Shown here piece by piece: positions 1-8,948 of a stretch of DNA of 64,000 nt; position 1 is the stretch's first letter; the number at the start of each line of letters is the position of its first letter. The notes under the pieces are model-generated. The model ran no database searches, was not told the DNA's origin, and worked only from the letters and a program-made list of their open reading frames with translations. The stretch is from contig JBBARP010000001.1 in assembly GCA_040399745.1 (NCBI GenBank), forward strand, positions 234,617 to 298,616. Reading direction: 5' to 3'. Position numbers and translations under genes: made by a program. The stretch comes from Bdellovibrionia bacterium (GTDB lineage Bacteria > Bdellovibrionota > UBA1018).

Positions 1-2
1 GC

Positions 3-1208
3 GACGAGCTCAAACTTTTCGGAAACTTGGGGCAGCCGCGGATGGATTACTGCGACAAGCCCAAGAACGCAGTCCCAGACGGCATCATTCTTCCGCCTAA
101 GTCTCCGGTCATGGACCGCATTCCGATCGTGCGGGATTTGATCGGGCGCTTAAGCCCTCCCGGAATCAGCGACGCTAAAGCCCGGATGTTCAACCTCAGC
201 CAGGTTCTGCCGGTTCTGGAAGAAATGCTTCCTGAGTCGAATCACCCGACTCAAGGATCGATCAAAGTCCTCCGTGATTTGTTCTGGGAAATGTGGAGTT
301 CGACTCCCCGGGAGCACCAGGGTTCGCATAAGCGTGAGACTTTGAAGAATAACCTGAGCGTTGTGTCTCAGCTGGTGCGGCTGGGCTTGATGCGCGGAAT
401 TGGGAAGAGTCTTGAGCAAGGCCCCTACACTCAAGACCATGAGGATTTCTTCTCGGTCTTTGTGGAAGCCGCTGCCCACCCGGCCATTCCTGAGATCATG
501 GAAACCCTGTTCCGCACGGAGCAGGGGAAGGCCTTGAGCGCTTCTTTGGTTGAACTGGGACACCGGACGCGCGGGGACTTGGCATTCACTTTATTGACGA
601 TGCTGAGGCAGCCCGAAGTTCCGCTCCTCGACCCGGCTCTCAAATGGCTGTCGCCCGTGACCCGGCGTTACGGAAATTCACTTTCGCTTCACTTAGACGG
701 TTTGGGGCGGATCCTGTCTTCTGAGGATTTGGCGCATTGGCTGGAAACCTTCCGATTGGATTCCTCTCGGAATGAAAAGGCACGCCTCATTGGCCTGCTC
801 TGGGAAGAGTTGCGAACACCCACTTGGACCACTCAGGCCCTAGAAGTCCTGTCAGCTGTTGACCGCGACCCCAGAGCTTTGGCGGCTTGGGGACGGATGG
901 ATGATCGGCTCAGAAAGCTCACTGACTCGGCCGACTGGCAGGCCTGGAAGATGGGCGAGGCGGGGCGCCTGGTTTTGGAATACCTGACTGAAGAAGCCCC
1001 CTCTTGTAGCGCTCAAAGGATGCGGCAGTACTTAGGTGAACGCCTTGCGTCGCCTTTGGGGCGTCCAAGCGATATCGAGCGGCTCTTGGAAGTCTGGGCC
1101 CGTGAACCGGTGGCTTTGGAACAAACCCTTCATGCACTGCTTCGTTCGGTAGGTGACGGAGGAGTGAAAGAAATCCTGGATTTAGTGCGCCGCGGCATCT
1201 CAAAATAG
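3..1208 (+). CDS. Hypothetical helical protein, 5'-truncated by the window edge
   Basis: Frame is open from the window start to TAG at 1206-1208, 4 nt before the moxR ATG. No recognisable motif. Confidence 0.6.
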   Translation, partial: DELKLFGNLGQPRMDYCDKPKNAVPDGIILPPKSPVMDRIPIVRDLIGRLSPPGISDAKARMFNLSQVLPVLEEMLPESNHPTQGSIKVLRDLFWEMWSSTPREHQGSHKRETLKNNLSVVSQLVRLGLMRGIGKSLEQGPYTQDHEDFFSVFVEAAAHPAIPEIMETLFRTEQGKALSASLVELGHRTRGDLAFTLLTMLRQPEVPLLDPALKWLSPVTRRYGNSLSLHLDGLGRILSSEDLAHWLETFRLDSSRNEKARLIGLLWEELRTPTWTTQALEVLSAVDRDPRALAAWGRMDDRLRKLTDSADWQAWKMGEAGRLVLEYLTEEAPSCSAQRMRQYLGERLASPLGRPSDIERLLEVWAREPVALEQTLHALLRSVGDGGVKEILDLVRRGISK

Positions 1209-1212
1209 GGGC

Positions 1213-2205
1213 ATGGCTCAAACAGACGTCCAGGCACTCACCGAAGAGATCAAACAGCGGTCGCGTTTTGTCGACGACATCCTAGGAGAAGCTTCCAAAG
1301 TCATCGTGGGACAACGAGTCCTACTCGAGCGGCTTTTGAACGCCATGCTTTGCGATGGGCACGTTCTTTTGGAAGGACTGCCCGGTCTTGCAAAGACCCT
1401 GACGATCAAAACTTTGGCCGACATCATCCACGCGGATTTTCAACGCGTGCAATTTACTCCCGATCTTCTTCCTGCCGACTTGGTGGGCACGATGATTTTC
1501 AATCAGCGAACGGGCGAGTTCACTCCGAAGAAAGGGCCGATCTTCACTCACTTGGTTTTGGCCGATGAAATCAACCGCGCCCCTGCGAAAGTGCAAAGCG
1601 CGCTGCTTGAAGCCATGGGCGAGCATCAGGTGACCATCGGTGAAACCACTTACGGGATGCATGAACTCTTCGTGGTTTTGGCCACGCAGAATCCGATTGA
1701 GCAAGAAGGGACCTATCCACTTCCCGAAGCGCAGCTCGACCGTTTCTTGTTCAAGGTGAAAGTGGGCTATCCCAGCATCACGGACGAAAAAACCATCCTG
1801 AACCGCATGTCGGGCGTCAGTGCCCCGAAGGCGCAGAAAGTGTGTCATCCGGATGCCATCTTGGAAGGCCGAAAGCTGGCCTCCCGCATCTACATGGATG
1901 AGAAGTTGAAGGATTACATTCTGTCGATCATCTTCGCGACCCGGAATCCCGAGAAGATGGGCTTGTCGCAGTTGAAGCCCTGGATTCAGGTGGGAGCAAG
2001 CCCACGCGCTACGATCGCGCTTGCGAAAGCATCGCGAGCGAACGCTTTCATTCAGCACCGCGGGTTTGTGACTCCTGAAGATGTGAAGTCGATTGCTTAC
2101 GATGTGCTTCGTCACCGCATCTTGGTTTCCTTTGAAGCGGAAGCCGAAGGGGTGGACAGCGAGCAGATCATTCGCAGGATTCTGGAACAGGTCGAGGTTC
2201 CCTGA
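1213..2205 (+). CDS. moxR: MoxR-family AAA+ ATPase
   Basis: Motifs HVLLEGLPGLAKT, RVQFTPDLLPAD, LADEINRAPAKVQSALLEAM and ATQNPIEQEGTYPLPEAQLDRF. Confidence 0.95.
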   Translation: MAQTDVQALTEEIKQRSRFVDDILGEASKVIVGQRVLLERLLNAMLCDGHVLLEGLPGLAKTLTIKTLADIIHADFQRVQFTPDLLPADLVGTMIFNQRTGEFTPKKGPIFTHLVLADEINRAPAKVQSALLEAMGEHQVTIGETTYGMHELFVVLATQNPIEQEGTYPLPEAQLDRFLFKVKVGYPSITDEKTILNRMSGVSAPKAQKVCHPDAILEGRKLASRIYMDEKLKDYILSIIFATRNPEKMGLSQLKPWIQVGASPRATIALAKASRANAFIQHRGFVTPEDVKSIAYDVLRHRILVSFEAEAEGVDSEQIIRRILEQVEVP

Positions 2206-2208
2206 GTC

Positions 2209-3099
2209 GTGGAAACACGGCAGCTACCCGAAGACCTGCTTCAGCGCGTGAAGCTGATTGAACTCGCCACCCGTCGAACGGTGGACGATGCCTTGTCGGG
2301 CTCTTTCAAGAGCTCGTTCAAGGGCACCGGCGTTCAGTTTGCCGAGCACCGGCAATACGTTGCGGGCGACGATGTTCGTCATATTGACTGGAAAGTCAGC
2401 GCCCGGACGCGCGACCCGCTCATCAAGAAGTTCGACGAAGAACGAGAACTCACGGTTCTCTTGGTGGTCGATATTTCGGGTTCTCTTGGCTTTGGTTCAG
2501 GCTCGAAATTGAAGTCCGAAGCCGTTGCGGAGCTGGCTGCTTTGATCACGCACGCTGCGAGCCGCGCAGGTGATAAAGTTGGACTTCTCCTTTTTGCTGG
2601 GAAGGTCGAGAAACTGATTCCGCCCAGGAAAGGGCGAAATCACTTACTCAGAATGATCCGTGAGTTGCTGATTGAGCGCTCGACTACGCCGGGTACTGCG
2701 CTCGACGACGCACTTCTCAGCGCCAGCCGCTTGATGAAGCACAGCGGGATTGTTTTTCTGATCAGCGACTTTCACGCGCGTGACTTCTCAATCGAGCTCA
2801 GTCGCCTATCGCGGCGAAATGACGTGGTGGCGTTAAACGTACGCGACCTTCACGAAGAGAAGGTCCCTTCGGTGGGGCGTCTGTTAGTCGTCGATCCTGA
2901 GACGGGACAAGAGGTCTGGATCGATACGGATTCTTACGGCTTTCGGAAGTGGTTAGAGACTTTTGAAAAAGCGGACGCCTCTCATCGCCGGGATGCCTTT
3001 CGCGGCGGTCGAGTCGAAGAAGTGAGACTCGAGACGCGCCAGGATTACGCTGATGCTTTAGTGCACTACTTGCGCGCTCGTGCTCGGAGGCGGAAGTGA
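2209..3099 (+). CDS. DUF58 family protein (MoxR partner, VWA-like)
   Basis: GTGVQFAEHRQYVAGDDVRHIDWKVSAR and DISGS motifs; directly follows moxR. Confidence 0.9.
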   Translation: METRQLPEDLLQRVKLIELATRRTVDDALSGSFKSSFKGTGVQFAEHRQYVAGDDVRHIDWKVSARTRDPLIKKFDEERELTVLLVVDISGSLGFGSGSKLKSEAVAELAALITHAASRAGDKVGLLLFAGKVEKLIPPRKGRNHLLRMIRELLIERSTTPGTALDDALLSASRLMKHSGIVFLISDFHARDFSIELSRLSRRNDVVALNVRDLHEEKVPSVGRLLVVDPETGQEVWIDTDSYGFRKWLETFEKADASHRRDAFRGGRVEEVRLETRQDYADALVHYLRARARRRK

Positions 3100-4088
3100 G
3101 GGAATCGCTGTTCCACCGAAAGCGCCTTCGCATTCTTGGAGCTTGGCTAGCGCTGGGCCTCTTTGCTTCGTTGGACGGTCAAGGTGCAGCCGAATTTCCG
3201 TTGAAGCCTTGGGAAGGGTACCTCCCGTCGCACATTCGCGTGGGCGATATTTTGGTTTTCAGAATCGACGAATTGCCGAGAGGAAAAGGCCCGATCGAAG
3301 TAGATACGGCCCCGTGGCGTGAAGCCAAGTGGCTGGTGCTTTCGGTCAAACCCACCGAGAAAGAGGGAAGTCTCCGAGTGGAATTGATTCCGACGGCCAT
3401 AGGAACCGGGGCGATTCCTCAAGCGTCAGTAGCCTTTCAGGGCGAGAAAGAGGTTCTCGGGCAAACCACGAGCCTGGCCATCACGGTGGATGCGGAACCC
3501 GAAGAGAAGCTGAAAGAGCTCTCAGAAAAACCGCCGGTGCCAGCGCGATTGCCAGCGCGCATGCCTTTTCCGGCGAGTGTGTTTTGGGCGGTCGCAGGCG
3601 TATTTTCCACCGGAGTTCTTGCTCTGGGGTTTGTGGCCGCGCGAAGGCTTCGGGGCTGGCTCGCAGCTCGGCGTGCCAAGCTCCTGGCGCGTTTGATTCC
3701 GCCACCAGTGACCGAGGATGTGGCAGCCGTCCGAGCGCTTCGCGAACTGGGTTCTCAGGGACTGGTGCGGCGGGGCCTGCACAAGAAGCACTACTTTGGG
3801 ATGTCGGACATCTTGAAACGCTACATCGGAGCGCGCTGGGGGCTGGATGTGTCCGAGTGCACCACGCGCGAACTTCCCGAGCGGCTTCGTGAGGGGAATC
3901 TCTCTGAGACTTGGATTCAAGAGTGGGACTCACTTTTTCAGCGCTTGGACTGGGTGAAGTTTGCAGACCGGAAGCCCTCGCCCGAGGAAGCAGACGCTCT
4001 GTTAGATGAATCCGTGGCCCTGGTCGAGCGAACCCGAAAGCGCGTGGTGGAATCCGTGCTTTCGGCCTCTTCGGAGGCGCGGCCATGA
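3096..4088 (+). CDS. Membrane-anchored protein of the Bat operon
   Basis: Signal-like N-terminus, one central TM, C-terminal 'SDILKRYI...CTTRE...DWVKFA' segment typical of the gene before batA; 4-nt overlaps on both sides. Confidence 0.7.
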   Translation: MRESLFHRKRLRILGAWLALGLFASLDGQGAAEFPLKPWEGYLPSHIRVGDILVFRIDELPRGKGPIEVDTAPWREAKWLVLSVKPTEKEGSLRVELIPTAIGTGAIPQASVAFQGEKEVLGQTTSLAITVDAEPEEKLKELSEKPPVPARLPARMPFPASVFWAVAGVFSTGVLALGFVAARRLRGWLAARRAKLLARLIPPPVTEDVAAVRALRELGSQGLVRRGLHKKHYFGMSDILKRYIGARWGLDVSECTTRELPERLREGNLSETWIQEWDSLFQRLDWVKFADRKPSPEEADALLDESVALVERTRKRVVESVLSASSEARP

Positions 4089-5077
4089 GGTTTGCTTACC
4101 CGTGGGTTTTTGCTCTTCTGATTTTGATTCCGCTCCTTCATCGTTTTTGGACTCGGCAAGCTCGGGGCCCTTCGATTCGTTTCCCGCTTTCGGTGGGATC
4201 TTCCGCAGTGGCCCGCGATCCGCAGGCTTGGCTAAAGTGGGTTCGCTACCTCGCGCTCATTCTTCTCGTGGTCGGTTTGGCTCGCCCTCAGTCGAGCTTT
4301 CGTGAGACCAAGCGCTCGGTCAGCGGCATCGACATCATGATGGTGATGGATTTCTCCCGCTCCATGAGCATTCGCGATCTGGGGAATTCCTCGCGACTGG
4401 ACCTGGCCAAGAACGTGATGGAGCGATTCATTCAAGGACGCGTGAATGACCGAGTGGGCTTTGTCGCGTTTGCGGGCGAACCGATTACGCTCTCGCCGCC
4501 GACGCTGGATTCTCGCTTAGTTCTTCGTGCGCTTCACGACTGGAAGATCGGTGTTCTCAAAGATGGAACCGGGATTGGCGATGGCTTGTCGCTTGCCGTG
4601 GATCGCCTTCGCAATTCCACGGCGAAGAGCCGAGTGATTGTTCTTCTCACCGACGGCGACAATAATTCTGGCCAGATCGATCCGGCTACGGCGGGAAGTC
4701 TAGCAGCAGGCTACGGAATCCGGGTCTACACGATTGCGATCGGCACTGAGGGGCGCGTCCAGCTCCCCATTGAGCGTGAGACCGCTCTCGGGAAAACCAT
4801 CATCACGGGCTATCAGTGGTTTGATAGCGCCTTAAATCCCGAGCTTCTTCAGCAAATTGCTGAACTCACTCAAGGGCGATTTTACCGTGTGACCGATCAG
4901 GACACCTTGGGGCGCGTGTTCAAAGAAATCGATCAGCTTGAGAAAACCGAAATTCAAACGTCCGAGCGAATTCGATTTGAAGAGAATTACGCTCTGCCCG
5001 TGCAGGCGGGATTACTGCTTTTGATCTTGGCTCAAGTGGCGGTGATTTTTCCACGTCGGGGAGTACCCATCGGATGA
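4085..5077 (+). CDS. batA: BatA-like VWA-domain membrane protein
   Basis: N-terminal 'MRFAYPW..L' and LARPQ, MIDAS DFSRSM, GTGIGDGL, LLTDG. Confidence 0.88.
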   Translation: MRFAYPWVFALLILIPLLHRFWTRQARGPSIRFPLSVGSSAVARDPQAWLKWVRYLALILLVVGLARPQSSFRETKRSVSGIDIMMVMDFSRSMSIRDLGNSSRLDLAKNVMERFIQGRVNDRVGFVAFAGEPITLSPPTLDSRLVLRALHDWKIGVLKDGTGIGDGLSLAVDRLRNSTAKSRVIVLLTDGDNNSGQIDPATAGSLAAGYGIRVYTIAIGTEGRVQLPIERETALGKTIITGYQWFDSALNPELLQQIAELTQGRFYRVTDQDTLGRVFKEIDQLEKTEIQTSERIRFEENYALPVQAGLLLLILAQVAVIFPRRGVPIG

Positions 5078-6879
5078 ACTGGGCGGGAATTCACTGGGCC
5101 AATTCTAAAATTCTTGGGGCTCTTGCTCTCGTGCCGCTTTTAGCGATTTGGGCCGAATTGAATTTAAGGGCCAGGCGGAAGAGTTTTGAAAAGTTCGCAG
5201 CTCCCTCGATTTGGAGCCGGATTGCACCTGAACTGGACTGGGCAGCTCCGCGCGCTCGTTGGTTCATGGCTTATTTGGCTTTGGTGTTTTCCATTTTAGC
5301 GCTGGCGCGCCCTCAATGGGGTGAAGTGGAGCGCTTTGAAAAACTCACGGGCGCAGACGTGATGATTGCGCTCGATGTGTCTCAGAGCATGGACACCGAA
5401 GATGTTCCGCCGAATCGGTTGAAGAAGGCGCAGCACTTGGTGCGCGGGCTCCTGGATCGTTTGGCAGGCGAGCGCGTGGGCCTGGTGGCCTTTGCCGGAA
5501 ACGCCCAAGTCATTTCGCCCCTGACCACCGATTTGGATTACCTTCGGCTGGCGCTCAGTAACGTGAACTCCCGAAGTATCCCGGTTCAAGGCACGGACCT
5601 CGGCGGCGCTTTGAATGTGGCGCATCGAGCTTTGGCCGAAGGCTCGGAAGAAGGGTCCGGAGATCCGGAAGTGTCGGTGAACCAGAGTTCTCGCACGCTG
5701 CTACTTTTGTCCGACGGCGAGGATCATGAGGACGCAGCCCTGAAAGCGGCGCGAGAGCTCGCGCAAGATGGGGTGCGGGTTTTAGTCGTGGGACTGGGAA
5801 CTGCCGAAGGGGGACCGATCCCTGTGCGCGACGAGCAAGGTCAGGCGCGAGGGCAGAAGCGCGATCGCCGAGGTGAAATCGTCGTCAGCCGTTTCCGTCC
5901 CGACGCGCTTCAAGCTTTGGCCAAGGAAGCTCAAGGGAAATACTGGCAAGCCAGCCTGAGCGAATCGGAGCTCGAGAGTATTCTCTCTGAGATCAATTCA
6001 GCCAATCGCCGCGAGCTGAACGAGCGGAAGATCATCATTCGTCAGGAGCGCTTCCTCTACCCTCTGGCTTTGGCCATCTTGTTTTATGTTCTTCACCTCG
6101 CCTTGCCGGTCCGGGGTCAGCCCCGAGGGGTTCATGGCGTGGCGCTCTTTTGGGTGGCAGCACTTCTGGGGATAACCACTGGCCTACCGAAAGCCCAGGC
6201 CAGCGAAGCGCGCCCGAGCACCCGAGCTTATTTTCATAATGAGCGAGGAGTTCGGGCGGCAAAAAAAGGAGACTGGGCGGCTGCTCGCAGGGAGCTTGGA
6301 ACCGCTCAAGCGCTTCAACCCGATTCCACGGTCTCTCGGTACAATCAGGGAACGCTTCACCTTCAGCAGGGTGAACCCGATCGCGGAGTGACGGCCTTAG
6401 AGAAGGCAGCTCGCGATTCCGAGAACGCGCAGGATCCAAAGCTTTCAGGCCTGGCCTGGTTCAATGCGGGCGTGGGAAACGCAGCTCAGGAGAAAAAAGA
6501 TCCGGCAGTCGCAGCCTACGCTCAAGCCATCCGCCAGGCCCAGCTGGCCGGCGATTCTCAGCTCGAGGAAGACGCTCGGAACAACCTGATTCAGTTGATC
6601 TTGGTTTCGAAAGAGAAAGGCGAGGGTAAGGATTCGAAAGAAAAGGACCCCTCGCAAAAAGAGCCAGGCGGCAAAGGCCAGTCGGGTGAGTCAGAGCCAG
6701 ATAAGAAGGATTCCAAGCTTGAGGATCCCTCGCAGAGTCGCAGAAAGTACAAGCCCACGAAGCTGACGGCAGAAGATGCACAGAAAGTTCTGGAGGAACT
6801 GGCTCGTAAAGAACAGGAACTTCAGGGCAAAGTTCACCGCAGGAAGCAGGGGCAGCCAGATTTGGACAAGGATTGGTGA
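5074..6879 (+). CDS. batB: BatB-like VWA protein fused to a BatC-like TPR/low-complexity region
   Basis: LARPQWG, MIDAS DVSQSM, LLSDGEDHE, then a TM, TPR helices (YNQG, FNAG), a K/E/Q-rich linker and a terminal KDW. Confidence 0.82.
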   Translation: MNWAGIHWANSKILGALALVPLLAIWAELNLRARRKSFEKFAAPSIWSRIAPELDWAAPRARWFMAYLALVFSILALARPQWGEVERFEKLTGADVMIALDVSQSMDTEDVPPNRLKKAQHLVRGLLDRLAGERVGLVAFAGNAQVISPLTTDLDYLRLALSNVNSRSIPVQGTDLGGALNVAHRALAEGSEEGSGDPEVSVNQSSRTLLLLSDGEDHEDAALKAARELAQDGVRVLVVGLGTAEGGPIPVRDEQGQARGQKRDRRGEIVVSRFRPDALQALAKEAQGKYWQASLSESELESILSEINSANRRELNERKIIIRQERFLYPLALAILFYVLHLALPVRGQPRGVHGVALFWVAALLGITTGLPKAQASEARPSTRAYFHNERGVRAAKKGDWAAARRELGTAQALQPDSTVSRYNQGTLHLQQGEPDRGVTALEKAARDSENAQDPKLSGLAWFNAGVGNAAQEKKDPAVAAYAQAIRQAQLAGDSQLEEDARNNLIQLILVSKEKGEGKDSKEKDPSQKEPGGKGQSGESEPDKKDSKLEDPSQSRRKYKPTKLTAEDAQKVLEELARKEQELQGKVHRRKQGQPDLDKDW

Positions 6880-8873
6880 GGCAAGTGGGGAAAAATCAGG
6901 ACACCGAAAAATCAAACAAACGGGAAGGGTGGGGCGGTCGCTTCCACTTCTCGCTCCCCTTCAGGCTTTTTCTGGTCCCTCTTTTGGTCGCGCATTCGGC
7001 TCAAGCAGCACCCCAGTTCTCTGCCGCGGTAGAATCTCAGGAAGTCGCGCAGGACGAGTCCGTGACTTTGAAACTGACCGTTCGACTGGATGGCTCAGGC
7101 GAGCCGGACAGTGCGCCACGCTTTGAGGCGAAAGACTTCACCCTGGTCAATGAGTTCTCGGAAGCTCCCTATATGGAGGCGGTCGCGGATGGATCGACCT
7201 ACCGAACCACGCAGACCCTGACTTATGTTCGGGTGCTTCAGCCAAAGAAAATGGGCACTTTGACCATCGGCGGCCTGAGCGTCCGAGTCGAAGGTCAGGT
7301 TTTGACTGCTCCGACGCTCAAGATTCAGGTCGGTCCTGGGGGAAGCGCCACCGAGCCCCCGTCAGGTTACGGCGGCGGCGGGATGGGGCTCAGAGGCGCG
7401 GCTAAGAACACCGCACTTTCGGGTGGCTTCAAGCTTCGGGCGGAAGTGGATCAATCCCAAGTTTTTAAGGGCGAGCCCTTGATTGCGAGCTTTTACCTCT
7501 ATGCCCGGGGAGGACTCGACGGACCTGAAGTCTCGAAGTACCCCGCCTTTTCAGACTTCCTTCGCGAAGATCTGGAGATGCCGATCCTGAACCCCGGCGT
7601 AATGCAGGGCGAACAAGTGGTTTTAGATGGAGTCGTTTTCACGCGTTATTTATTGGCTCGCTACCAGTTGATCCCAGTGAAAACGGGGAAGCTCGTGGTG
7701 GATTCCATGACCATGAAGGCCAATTACCGGCCTCGGATTCAGGACCTGTCAGGGGAAGACGCCATTCAGATGGCCTATCAAATGATGATGCCCCGAGCTG
7801 GCGTGAGCTCAAGCGATCCGATCACGATCGAAGTATTGCCTGTGCCGACGGCAGGACGGCCTGAGTCGTTTTCGGGCGGTATCGGGAATTTCGAGATTTC
7901 AGCATCGGCAGATCGCGCAAGTCTTCGCCAAGGCGAGAGCTTTCGCTACACGGTGCGGGTGCAAGGTAAAGGCGACCTGAGCTCGATTCAAGCGCCGGTG
8001 TTGAAACTGCCTGAAGGCTTGGAAAAGTACGAAACCCAGGTTCAAGTCCGCGGCGGCAAAGGCGGCCCGGGCGAGAAAGTGTTTGAAACCCTGATTCTTG
8101 CGAAGAAGGCGGGGCGGTGGACGCTTCCAGCGATCGAGTTTTCGGCCTTTGATCCGTCACGGCGTACTTTCAGCAAACAAAGCGCTACGGAACTGACTTT
8201 AGAGGTGCTCCCAGGCCAGGGAGGGGCTCAAGAGGACGAACCGTTGAAGTTGGGTCAGACTCCCCAGCAAGAGTCGGCAACTGCGGCACCGGGAGCGTCG
8301 GCGACTGGAACGGGAGAGGTGGCTGCGGCAGACCGCTCTCAGCGTTGGAAAGGCTGGATGGGTGCCGGCTGGGCGGACCGCCTGTCGGTGGTCCTTGCGA
8401 GTGTGGGTTTTGGAGCAGGCCTCTGGATTTTCGGCTGGGCGCCCTTGCGGCAGCGCGGCCGAAGCTGGGTTCAAACCCGTCGGGAAAAGCGGCAAGGTCG
8501 CAAGGCCTCGCGCAGGTGGAAGCGAATCGAAAAAGGGGCGGGCAGCGCGCTGCAGTCCCGGTCGGCACCGTTTTCGGAAGTGGTCGAAGTGTATGAGCAG
8601 CTTTCGGGTGTTCTGTTTGACGCCCTCGATGCGCGTTATGGGCTGGGAGCCCGATCGCGTCCGCGACAAGAGCTCGGTGGGCTTCTCCAAGCCGACCACG
8701 GCATGGCGCCTGGGCTTTGGGTGCGGGTGGACAGCCTCTTGGAGTACGCCGAGACCGTTCGTTACGCTGCGGGCAGTGGGGCCGTGAGTGAGTTAGAGGC
8801 CCGTCAGGAGCTGCCGCGCTGGGTGGCGGAAGCGCGGGTTCTGGAGAGCCTTTTGGAAGCCTCGAGCGCGTGA
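6873..8873 (+). CDS. batD: BatD family protein
   Basis: Signal peptide, repeated Ig-like BatD modules ('FSGGIGNFEISASAD', 'FSAFDP'), C-terminal TM. Exact start uncertain. Confidence 0.82.
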   Translation: MVRQVGKNQDTEKSNKREGWGGRFHFSLPFRLFLVPLLVAHSAQAAPQFSAAVESQEVAQDESVTLKLTVRLDGSGEPDSAPRFEAKDFTLVNEFSEAPYMEAVADGSTYRTTQTLTYVRVLQPKKMGTLTIGGLSVRVEGQVLTAPTLKIQVGPGGSATEPPSGYGGGGMGLRGAAKNTALSGGFKLRAEVDQSQVFKGEPLIASFYLYARGGLDGPEVSKYPAFSDFLREDLEMPILNPGVMQGEQVVLDGVVFTRYLLARYQLIPVKTGKLVVDSMTMKANYRPRIQDLSGEDAIQMAYQMMMPRAGVSSSDPITIEVLPVPTAGRPESFSGGIGNFEISASADRASLRQGESFRYTVRVQGKGDLSSIQAPVLKLPEGLEKYETQVQVRGGKGGPGEKVFETLILAKKAGRWTLPAIEFSAFDPSRRTFSKQSATELTLEVLPGQGGAQEDEPLKLGQTPQQESATAAPGASATGTGEVAAADRSQRWKGWMGAGWADRLSVVLASVGFGAGLWIFGWAPLRQRGRSWVQTRREKRQGRKASRRWKRIEKGAGSALQSRSAPFSEVVEVYEQLSGVLFDALDARYGLGARSRPRQELGGLLQADHGMAPGLWVRVDSLLEYAETVRYAAGSGAVSELEARQELPRWVAEARVLESLLEASSA

Positions 8874-8948
8874 TTTTTCCCTAAAAAAGGGGTAGGGTTT
8901 CCTTCGGGGTCGGCATTGAGTCCGCCCCATTTAACGAAAGGAAAACCC

